DNA of 64,000 nucleotides from the IMG/VR virus record IMGVR_UViG_3300035181_002344; one strand, written 5' to 3'. The notes below the pieces were generated by a model that saw only the letters and a program-made list of their open reading frames with translations, searched no databases and was not told the DNA's origin. The stretch comes from a virus. Each line of letters begins with the position of its first letter. Position 1 is the stretch's first letter. The translations under genes and the position numbers were made by a program. This document shows positions 10,282-19,133 of this stretch, piece after piece.

Positions 10282-10854
10282 ATGAATGTTTTCGAGGCAA
10301 AAAGACGCTTCGGTACAATTTATATGATTGAGTTTGATGATGAGGCACGTGTTGTTTTTAGGCCGCTCTTGCATAAGGAATACAAATCTTATAGAGCGGT
10401 CCTAACCGCCATGCCGAACTATGAAGATTCAGCAATGGAGGATATATTTCTTAAATGCCTCATAGATATGACATATCCATATACTTTAGATGACGAAGAT
10501 AATCCTGTTGTTGATTTTGAATTATTGCCAGCTGGCGTAACTGATACCGTTGCTCGTTTTATATTTAATGTATCTGGTGCTGATTCACAAGATAAGTTTT
10601 TTAACGATCTTGCTGAAAGCAGAGTCTTTGCAAATTATGATCTTGAATATCGAGTATTTTCTATTATAGCCAATGCATTACGAGTTGATATTAGCAGTTT
10701 TGATGATTTAACATGGGAAGAAATACTTCGTCGTATTGCCCAAGCAGAATTAATATTATCGGGCAATATTCCTAAAATACCATTTTTACCTGCCGAACCA
10801 GAAGTAAAGAAATTAGATTTCGACGCAGATAACAAGGAAGAAGCTAAAAATTGA
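10282..10854 (+). CDS. Second tail assembly chaperone (paralog with C-terminal extension)
   Basis: VVFRPLLHKEYK..LPAGVTDTVARFIFNVSG aligns to the upstream gene; extra helical C-terminus. Confidence 0.6.
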   Translation: MNVFEAKRRFGTIYMIEFDDEARVVFRPLLHKEYKSYRAVLTAMPNYEDSAMEDIFLKCLIDMTYPYTLDDEDNPVVDFELLPAGVTDTVARFIFNVSGADSQDKFFNDLAESRVFANYDLEYRVFSIIANALRVDISSFDDLTWEEILRRIAQAELILSGNIPKIPFLPAEPEVKKLDFDADNKEEAKN

Positions 10855-13800
10855 GTCTTAGAGAAGACATAGAAAAACAAGAACATCAGAATTTTTCCAA
10901 AAGCCTTTCTGATTTAATGCTTACTGGTGCCGTTAATTTAGGTGCTTGGTATGCTTTTAATAAATATGCTGGTAGGGTTGAGGTTCCGAATGTTACTACT
11001 GGTAGTTTAAGGTTTATTGGGCTTCAATCTATAGGAGGACGTCCATGGTTTGAGGCCATGGGAAAAACAGCTGATAGCACTGCTAATTTACATGAAATTA
11101 TATTAAATGCTATTAAAGCTACAGAGGAAATGTTAAAAGTTCCTCGGGCTTTTTCTGCATATAATATAATGTCTGAGGGATATCTAAGAAATAACTTAGC
11201 AGAGTTAGAGCTTACGCAGCAAATGCTTCGCGGCCAAAGTCAATTCTTACGATCAATTTCTAATGGTAAGATTGACTATCGCATGCTTGAACAGGGGCTT
11301 AAGTGGAAAAATGGCAAGCTGTTTAATACTGCCGGCGAAGAGGTTCTGTCGAATGCCCGCCTTATGTTCAATTACTGGGGCATGACAGAAGATGCGTTGC
11401 GTGATAAAAAAATTGGTTACATATCAAGATATGCTCAAGCACTTTATCGTAATCGCGGATTAAAACCAGGCCCAACAGAACTTTTAGTTTATGGCGGACA
11501 GAAATGGTATCAGCCCTATATGCAAAAGGCAAATGCCATTGTCCGTGTTGGTGTTGAAAATTATCTTAAATTATTAGATGATCCATTTGAAGTTCTGCTA
11601 CGCCCGATAGAAAATGTCTTTGGTACAAGTAGTGCTATTCCAAAGTTTTTACGTAAAGGCTCCGAGTTTTATAATCGTATTGGTTTACGCAATATGTTTG
11701 GAGCTGGAGGCTGGCGTGTATTAGCTGAAGCTGATTCAACTTCTGCTTTATTGCGTAGGCATTTATTTAGAAACATGCTGCCTTCGGCATTTTTGTTCTT
11801 GGGTGCTATTCCGCTGGCAGATGAAATCCTTCGCAATACACCAATAATTAAAGATACACGTCTTGGTGGTGGTATTGGTGGTTTCTTTGCTAGTTTATAT
11901 CAAGATGTACGTAAAACTTATGCGAATATAAGTGATGCTCTTGGGCTGACATCGTATGCCAAAAAACAAAAAGAACAAGCTCCTGGTTCTACATCTGCAT
12001 TAGGATTACTTGCCTTCCCTGCTTCTTTAAGTATTGCTGCAACATCCGCTGCTGGCATACAGAATTTGATAGAAAAAGTGCCAGTTGGTACTAGTGGTGT
12101 TGCCCCGAAATATTTCAAAAATATCATTTCATCAATAGAAGCCAGTGATAATCTATTAAGCAAGGCATCTAAGGCTCTTAAATTAAATCAAGCTAGCAGA
12201 ACTGGTGCATATGGAATAACAGCTTTTGCTGCTGGTGCGTTATTAACACTTCCATTTTGGCCTGGAGTTTTTGGAAGTGAAAAAAGCTCAGAAGAATTAG
12301 AGCAAATATATTCTGGCGAACAATTAGTTCCTATCCGCCGAGGAAGATTCTGGGAATTTGGCATCACCCCTTATGAAGGCGATGAGATAAAGCATTATGC
12401 TCCGCATTGGACTGTAAGACTAATTACCGATGCTGCACGAAAGACTAAATTTGGACGCTTTTATGGCGATCCAATTGGTCGTATGTTACATAGGATCGTT
12501 GACCCTTACTTCCTTGAAAGGGAAATGGATCAAGAGAGACCTTATGTAGTTTGGGGACCTTCAGAACAAGGACTTGGATTTTTAGAAAAAGTTTTACAAC
12601 CAGTAAAAGAGATATTTAAGCCAACAATCGTTGCCCATCCAGAGGCTTTGGGTCAAGAGCCTCCAGGTTTATTAAAACGTGTTGGTCCAGAAGTTCCAGA
12701 ATCTTTGCAGGGCACTATCTATGAAACTAATACTCGTAATTGGGTTTCTACTCCACAATTACCTGATAACCTAAATTTATATGCATCGTCTACAGCTAAA
12801 TCTTTTACAGATACTTTAGGATTAGTAGGCTTTGCTTATAGTTCATTAGCGAATAATGTTATTAATGCTGGACAAGGATTAGGTGCGGAAGCTGTTTATG
12901 AAAGCTCTGGACGAATGTTTTCGCGTCAGAAAGCTTTCTGGGACCAAGAATTAGGTGGTATGTTTGGACTTAATGAATTTTATCGTAGATTAAATCCAGA
13001 TAGAGAATATGGCCCGGAATATATCTCGTCAGCAATAAGAAATACGCAGCCTTCTTGGATGCCTGAAGAGTTTCAATATGGCGATCCCTATGCTATGCCT
13101 CTGGGCGAAATGCGTGTGCCCGGCAGAGGCTATGAAGCATTACATCCAGAATTAGAAGGGATACCATATGAAGAGTATCCTTTAGTTCATAGATTAAATA
13201 TTTTACAAGATGTAGCACGCTTATCTCCTGCTTATTATAAAACTCTTAGTCAAGTCAAAAAAATAGCCGAAGCTGGCGATTTATCTTCTGACGAAGAGCA
13301 GATGTATAGAAATATATTAGCACGAGACGAAGAATATCGTAATGACGAATTAAATAGATTTGATCAAGCCGATGACAGCTTTTTCGGGCGATACTGGTTA
13401 GGCTTAAAAAAAATAGGCCGTTCATTACCAACTGAGCATCTTTATCCAATATCTCCTGCCCATAAATTTATGGGGCCTGGCACACCAGAAATGGATTATA
13501 AATCCTATGTGCTATTAGATTCTCCTTTTAAAAGTTGGTCTTCGCCAATTAGTGATTATATAGTACCTACATTTAATAGATTAATGGACGATATCACACT
13601 CGGCAACTATACTCCGCCTCGTACTACCCAACGAAGAGACATAGAAACTTATTTTCAACAGTTACAATTTGGTAAAAACCAACTCTTAAAAGAAAAAGCA
13701 GATGCTTTATATAATCAAGGAGATATTGAAGGAGCTAATTTCCTCCGTAGTGGTATTCGCAAAAGTATTTATGATCTTTCTCCATACGATGATATCGAAG

Positions 13801-14417
13801 ATTATAGAAATGTTTTATTACCATCAACAATGAAATATATATCTCCTATGGTTGATATTACTGATCAAGGGAGACGATCAAATATATTGCGAATGGTCGA
13901 TCCGACATCTCGTAGGATACTAAAATCTCAATGGCAAGTAACAGATTTACAAAGAGCTGGCAAATTAGAAGAAGCAGATGCTATAATGGGAAGTTTAAAG
14001 CCAAATACTGATGTGAGTTCGGATATTGTATTAAATACATTTGATCTTCCAGATAGAGATTTTACGGGATATGCCCCTGGTGTTGATTTAAATGCATTCA
14101 AGGTAAAAGTTGCTAATTCGCTTGGCCATAATATTAGAGATTTTAATTTATGGAAAGAAGATGAACGTCAAGCTCGTATTTTGGACATGATTAATAATGG
14201 CAGCCTTGCTGGTAATGATAAATATGAATATAAACCTCATAATAGAGAATTAGCGAAGAATCAGCTGCAAGAATATTTTAGAAAAATTGGTGCCACAGAT
14301 ATGCAAATTACCGCTCTTCCAACCAAAGGATACTCTACTGTTGAATTTCATGGTCGCGAAAATAATAACGACCGTATAAAAGAAGCAATGAGACAAGAAG
14401 GAATGATAGTTTATTAA
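10851..14417 (+). CDS. Tape-measure-like virion protein
   Basis: 1188 aa with a TTG start overlapping the previous TGA. Several Gly/Ala-rich hydrophobic segments (MLPSAFLFLGAIPL, ALGLLAFPASLSIAA, YGITAFAAGALLTLPFWPG). Follows the chaperone genes. Confidence 0.6.
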   Translation: MSLREDIEKQEHQNFSKSLSDLMLTGAVNLGAWYAFNKYAGRVEVPNVTTGSLRFIGLQSIGGRPWFEAMGKTADSTANLHEIILNAIKATEEMLKVPRAFSAYNIMSEGYLRNNLAELELTQQMLRGQSQFLRSISNGKIDYRMLEQGLKWKNGKLFNTAGEEVLSNARLMFNYWGMTEDALRDKKIGYISRYAQALYRNRGLKPGPTELLVYGGQKWYQPYMQKANAIVRVGVENYLKLLDDPFEVLLRPIENVFGTSSAIPKFLRKGSEFYNRIGLRNMFGAGGWRVLAEADSTSALLRRHLFRNMLPSAFLFLGAIPLADEILRNTPIIKDTRLGGGIGGFFASLYQDVRKTYANISDALGLTSYAKKQKEQAPGSTSALGLLAFPASLSIAATSAAGIQNLIEKVPVGTSGVAPKYFKNIISSIEASDNLLSKASKALKLNQASRTGAYGITAFAAGALLTLPFWPGVFGSEKSSEELEQIYSGEQLVPIRRGRFWEFGITPYEGDEIKHYAPHWTVRLITDAARKTKFGRFYGDPIGRMLHRIVDPYFLEREMDQERPYVVWGPSEQGLGFLEKVLQPVKEIFKPTIVAHPEALGQEPPGLLKRVGPEVPESLQGTIYETNTRNWVSTPQLPDNLNLYASSTAKSFTDTLGLVGFAYSSLANNVINAGQGLGAEAVYESSGRMFSRQKAFWDQELGGMFGLNEFYRRLNPDREYGPEYISSAIRNTQPSWMPEEFQYGDPYAMPLGEMRVPGRGYEALHPELEGIPYEEYPLVHRLNILQDVARLSPAYYKTLSQVKKIAEAGDLSSDEEQMYRNILARDEEYRNDELNRFDQADDSFFGRYWLGLKKIGRSLPTEHLYPISPAHKFMGPGTPEMDYKSYVLLDSPFKSWSSPISDYIVPTFNRLMDDITLGNYTPPRTTQRRDIETYFQQLQFGKNQLLKEKADALYNQGDIEGANFLRSGIRKSIYDLSPYDDIEDYRNVLLPSTMKYISPMVDITDQGRRSNILRMVDPTSRRILKSQWQVTDLQRAGKLEEADAIMGSLKPNTDVSSDIVLNTFDLPDRDFTGYAPGVDLNAFKVKVANSLGHNIRDFNLWKEDERQARILDMINNGSLAGNDKYEYKPHNRELAKNQLQEYFRKIGATDMQITALPTKGYSTVEFHGRENNNDRIKEAMRQEGMIVY

Positions 14418-14429
14418 AATGGGTAAACA

Positions 14430-17400
14430 ATGAGTGATAAACAACCTGGCGTTTTAGAATCATTAGGCATGGTTTCTGGCCTTGCTGCTGCTGGCTATTT
14501 GGTAAAAGAAATGGCTGGTGCTCGGACAAATATAAAAGAAGGCACAGAATTATTTAAGCAAGCAAGAGAGACATCAAAAATTAAAGCCGCTCAAAAAATA
14601 GCCCAAAAGAATATGACTAAATCCATACTTCCATGGTCTGAATTGGGTTTGGACAAATTGCCTAATATGCTTAAAGGAGCGCCAGTTGCAACAACCGTTT
14701 CTAATGCAAAAGATGTAGGAAGAGAGCTTGCCCGTGTTTTTGGTAATGGCGGACTATCTGAACATATGCAATTTTTAAATGAGCTTATAGAAATATCTAA
14801 AACTTTAACATCTCATAATCGCCAGCATACATTTAAGGTGTTGCAGCATATTGGAAATAATGCTTCTGTTCAGCTTATAATGAACCATGCTGGAGGCGAT
14901 CTAAGTATTAATTTTGGCATGATATCTAAGGGCGGCCGTTATGCGAGAACAAATTATGGATTAACATATGGGGTTGCTCCCAAATTTCTTGATCCAATGA
15001 CATACCAAAAATTAATGGCTAATCAAATTAAAACAGCCGACGAATTATATTCTGGTATTCTTGATATTAATACATTTATAGCCCGAGGTGTTCACGAAGA
15101 ATTAAAACAAAATGGCGTAGGCAATAGTTTACGGCGTGCTGTGGATATGGCAGCTTTAGCAGAACAAAACGTTGTTACAGTAAGAGTGCCAAATGTCTCT
15201 AACCCAGCTTTTCAAAGGGAAGCCGCCAGAGTTATTCCTTATCAGCCTACCGAAGAGGGATTAAAATTACTCACTCCCGCACTTGATTATACAACAGTTC
15301 AGCAAATGTGGCAAAATATTGAAAACTTAGAAGGTATTGATTTAGGCAAATTATTATTTGCTCGTTCAGAAAACGAAAAAGCATTTGGTGTATTTAATGA
15401 TCCGCATTCTTCATTTATCCATTCTATGAGCAATACTTCTTTAGAATCAAATAAAGCCATGCGTCAAGCTATTGGTAAAGAAACAATGATAGGTGGTGAT
15501 TTAGCAGCGGCTGGCAGATATGGTCAATTGGAAATAGCCGGTGGAATGGGTAATATAGCATCAATTCTTACATACACAGATACTGGTGATTATTGGAGAA
15601 GCTTAGGAATGGATGAGACATTAATTGATCAGGTTCTAGAATCAGGCTTTGGTTTAGAAAAAGGCGTTGGATTTGGATTAAAAGGCCGTGAAGGTGCTAT
15701 CATTACTGAAGGATTGGCCAAAAGCGATATGATAGATATCGTAACCCATAATGTTGATTTAACTGAAGCTCTTGATAGAGATCGAGTTGCTAAGTTTGTT
15801 GAAGATATCACTGCTCAATATATTGATAAAATCGCCATACAAAATACTGACAATCAAAATGTTATTGAATATACAAAGTCATTAATGTCTAAAAAACATT
15901 CTACGGTTATTAATGCAAATAAAGTTGCCAGACAACAAAAGAAATATAGTGCTATCAAAGATGTATTAACTGATACAGAAGTTAATCAACTCGCAGAGTT
16001 ATTTGGTGTTAAAGGCGATAGACGCTCTGTTCTATCTGCTATGAAATTTAAAAATATCCGTAGAGCCCTTAATACTTGGAAGAGAACAAAAGACGTCGAG
16101 AGTATCAATAAATTTAATTCCATTGCGAGCAATATATTTTCTAAAATTACCAAATTTGATACTGGTCATAAAACAATAATTAGCTCTGTTTTAGGCTCTA
16201 TTGGTGGTTTACATCGCAAGGGCGTTCTTACAAATACAGAAACTGGTTCTATTCGTTTTGGCGAATATGGCCAAGAAACAATTAGTGACATTATTTCTGG
16301 TGGTGATGTTCCTGGATTTAGAATTGTTGGTAGAGCAAAAAATAAGCTTGGCGATTATTTTAAAACATGGTTTGCTAAAAAACAAACTGCGGCACAAATT
16401 ATTTCTAATAGCGATGCTGAAAGGTTAATGAGAAATACATTTGGACTGCAAAGATTTATTCAAACTTCTAGTAATCCAGCTAGAGCTGCAAGATTGGTTA
16501 GTGAAAGATTGAAACGCGGACATTTTAGTAAACTTCAGAAAATAGTTGATTCATTTGGCGACGAATATAATTCTTTAAATTTAGATACCAGCAAAATGAT
16601 TTTTGCATCAGAAGGATATCGCTCTAATTCTCTTGGTGTTGTATCCTCTGTTTTAGAAGAAACTCTTATTAAAGATTTCGGTCAATCTCCAGAAGAATTA
16701 GCTAAATTGTCTCCCACTGAAATACTTGATTTTGCTAAGCAGCTCTATGAAAAAAATCGCGGCAATGCAAAATATGATGTAATGCTTGGCTCTATTATAG
16801 ACGAAAACAATCCTGTATATATGCCGGGTATAGGACATAACCCATATAGCATTGGAGAAGCTGGTTCTTTAGCTGGTCTAAAAATGAACAAAAATGTGAA
16901 CTTTTCACCAGAAATGGCCGAAAAATATGCTCAGCTAGGTATGCCTTCAATTTCTGATGCCATTATTAAGAATATTAATATGGAGGAATATCAACAAATA
17001 TATGATGCTTATGCGCCATTATCTAATCCTAGCTTAATTAAAGATGCCTTAGTTATCAATCAGGATGATATTTTAGCAGATAGAGAGCTATTTAATGTAA
17101 TGTTTAATAGTGACGATCCGAGAAAAGTGAGAAATGCTTTTGTTCAAGCAGCAAAGCAATTAGGTATAAAAGCCGCAGATAACGTTTCTGATAAAACAAG
17201 ATTGCTGATTAAGCTTAGCAATGATGCTACAATACCTATCTTAGATTTTACATCTAATTCATATGTTGGTATTGTTAATCCAATTTCTGGAGAGGAAACT
17301 GGGACTCAGTTGATCAGAAAACAATTATCTACATTAACAAAAAGGGTTATTACAGCTAACCCTGGAGATGAATTCAATGCTGCTTATGATGAATTGGTTA

Positions 17401-19124
17401 CCGGCGTAGGAAAGATATTATTCGATAAAAACATATTTACTAAGCAACCAATGAAGGGTGCCATATTAGAAGCTCGTCCTGGTCTTATTTTTAATACATC
17501 ATCCTTAGAAGCAATAGAAACCAATGCTAAACGCATGAATAAAATGGGTGCATTAGCAAATGTTATGAATAAATATGGTATTACCGCGACAGAACAAGGC
17601 ATAGATTTCGAAGCCTTTAGAGGTCGCTCTCTTGGAATTATGTCAGATGCCGATTTTTTTGATTTTATTGGTGGATCTGATTTTTATCAAAATAAGTTAC
17701 GTGCAGCTGGCTTGAATCCCAAAACCTCTGGGAATAAATTAAAAAGCTTTCAAAGAAGCCTTCTTTCTGAGCTGCATAATGCAAATAAGCAATATGCTTT
17801 TGGGGGACGCCATCCAGTTGGATATGGAGCTTGGCAAATTATAGCTGGCGAATCATTACTTAGGGATGTTTATACAGATGTCTATGGGCTTGGTTTAAAG
17901 GAAGCTGAGAATTTATCACAAAATATTATTCGTAAGGGTGGTCTTTATTTATCAGAATATTTGGAAACCTTATTAACAGCCGACTATGATCGAGATCAAA
18001 TTGTAATGGCTTTGGCTAATCAGCAGATGGGTAAGGAGATAGAATCTGCCCTAACAAATGAAGAATTTATTAAAAATGTTAGTGGCAAAGGTATTAAGGT
18101 TAAAAAAGCAAGCCATGGATCTATTGCTGAATTAATGGAAAAGCTAAGTCCATCTGAAGTCGCTAGAGCACACATTGATACATTAAATGAATCTATTGCA
18201 TTCTCTGCTGGCGTTGGTCCAATATCAAATAAATTGCGCAACCTAAGGCGATCTTATGGAGACGATATAGACAGAAAAATATCATATATGATTGATGTAT
18301 TACGTGAAAGCTCTATTGGTTCTAAGGGTTTCGTTGGTAAATCTGTAGAAAATTTAGAAACATTTAAATCAATATTCGATAGAGGCATGGACGTAGACAC
18401 GAGAGCGTCAACGTTAAAAAGTATTGTTTTGCATGGAGATGAAACTAACAATGCATTATATAACATTTTCAAAGATGTGAATGATGATTTCTATAAAGAT
18501 ATTATTAAGAATTATGATGAATTTATGGGTTCTCCAGAGGGTAAAATTGCCTCGCTTCAAAATACTATCCGCTATACAGACAAGTTTACTGATAAAGAGC
18601 TTAAATATTGGACAGAATTTGCTCAAAGTATGAGCGTTAAAAGAAATATTGATGCAGAAATTGGTTCGCTTGTTGATGTTGCTAATCAATCTGCGTCTAA
18701 ACTTAGCAAAGCAAGAAATATAGCCGCAGAGGTTGGTGAAACTGGATTTACCAAGGCTATTAAATCAAAGCCATTTTTGTTGCTTGCAGGAGGAGCTATC
18801 ACTTTAGCAATGTTAAAACCTGCGGATAATTCAATTAAACATCAAGATATACGCTCTGAATCTAAAATAAAAAAAGCACCAACTGCTGCCGAACCAATTG
18901 ATCCTCAAACTGGTATGGTCTATAAGCCTCAGCCACAAGCATATAATTTTCAAGTGAGAGGCAAAACTCCTCGTAATACAAGTATAGAGCAAATACGTAA
19001 CGATATTAATGGTTTTGGTATTCCTTTTGGTGGCACAGTGGTTAATAGAAGTCCTGGCGCTGACGCCTCTTATGTGCGTCAATTGCAAGAAACAAACGAT
19101 TCTTTAATGTGGAATAATGTATAA
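14430..19124 (+). CDS. Large virion protein, candidate single-chain two-barrel RNA polymerase
   Basis: 1564 aa. GGRHPV (R1127) followed by GLYLSEYLETLLTADYDRDQIVMAL (D1185/D1187/D1189) resembles beta' NRxP...NADFDGDQM. Weaker beta-like motifs lie upstream. Hydrophobic segments near both termini. Confidence 0.62.
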   Translation: MSDKQPGVLESLGMVSGLAAAGYLVKEMAGARTNIKEGTELFKQARETSKIKAAQKIAQKNMTKSILPWSELGLDKLPNMLKGAPVATTVSNAKDVGRELARVFGNGGLSEHMQFLNELIEISKTLTSHNRQHTFKVLQHIGNNASVQLIMNHAGGDLSINFGMISKGGRYARTNYGLTYGVAPKFLDPMTYQKLMANQIKTADELYSGILDINTFIARGVHEELKQNGVGNSLRRAVDMAALAEQNVVTVRVPNVSNPAFQREAARVIPYQPTEEGLKLLTPALDYTTVQQMWQNIENLEGIDLGKLLFARSENEKAFGVFNDPHSSFIHSMSNTSLESNKAMRQAIGKETMIGGDLAAAGRYGQLEIAGGMGNIASILTYTDTGDYWRSLGMDETLIDQVLESGFGLEKGVGFGLKGREGAIITEGLAKSDMIDIVTHNVDLTEALDRDRVAKFVEDITAQYIDKIAIQNTDNQNVIEYTKSLMSKKHSTVINANKVARQQKKYSAIKDVLTDTEVNQLAELFGVKGDRRSVLSAMKFKNIRRALNTWKRTKDVESINKFNSIASNIFSKITKFDTGHKTIISSVLGSIGGLHRKGVLTNTETGSIRFGEYGQETISDIISGGDVPGFRIVGRAKNKLGDYFKTWFAKKQTAAQIISNSDAERLMRNTFGLQRFIQTSSNPARAARLVSERLKRGHFSKLQKIVDSFGDEYNSLNLDTSKMIFASEGYRSNSLGVVSSVLEETLIKDFGQSPEELAKLSPTEILDFAKQLYEKNRGNAKYDVMLGSIIDENNPVYMPGIGHNPYSIGEAGSLAGLKMNKNVNFSPEMAEKYAQLGMPSISDAIIKNINMEEYQQIYDAYAPLSNPSLIKDALVINQDDILADRELFNVMFNSDDPRKVRNAFVQAAKQLGIKAADNVSDKTRLLIKLSNDATIPILDFTSNSYVGIVNPISGEETGTQLIRKQLSTLTKRVITANPGDEFNAAYDELVTGVGKILFDKNIFTKQPMKGAILEARPGLIFNTSSLEAIETNAKRMNKMGALANVMNKYGITATEQGIDFEAFRGRSLGIMSDADFFDFIGGSDFYQNKLRAAGLNPKTSGNKLKSFQRSLLSELHNANKQYAFGGRHPVGYGAWQIIAGESLLRDVYTDVYGLGLKEAENLSQNIIRKGGLYLSEYLETLLTADYDRDQIVMALANQQMGKEIESALTNEEFIKNVSGKGIKVKKASHGSIAELMEKLSPSEVARAHIDTLNESIAFSAGVGPISNKLRNLRRSYGDDIDRKISYMIDVLRESSIGSKGFVGKSVENLETFKSIFDRGMDVDTRASTLKSIVLHGDETNNALYNIFKDVNDDFYKDIIKNYDEFMGSPEGKIASLQNTIRYTDKFTDKELKYWTEFAQSMSVKRNIDAEIGSLVDVANQSASKLSKARNIAAEVGETGFTKAIKSKPFLLLAGGAITLAMLKPADNSIKHQDIRSESKIKKAPTAAEPIDPQTGMVYKPQPQAYNFQVRGKTPRNTSIEQIRNDINGFGIPFGGTVVNRSPGADASYVRQLQETNDSLMWNNV

Positions 19125-19133
19125 AGGTATAAA

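Noticed and set aside
10255-10290. Programmed -1 frameshift between tail chaperones
   Set aside because: No XXXYYYZ slippery site was seen at the end of the first gene, and the second gene has its own ATG and a full paralogous domain
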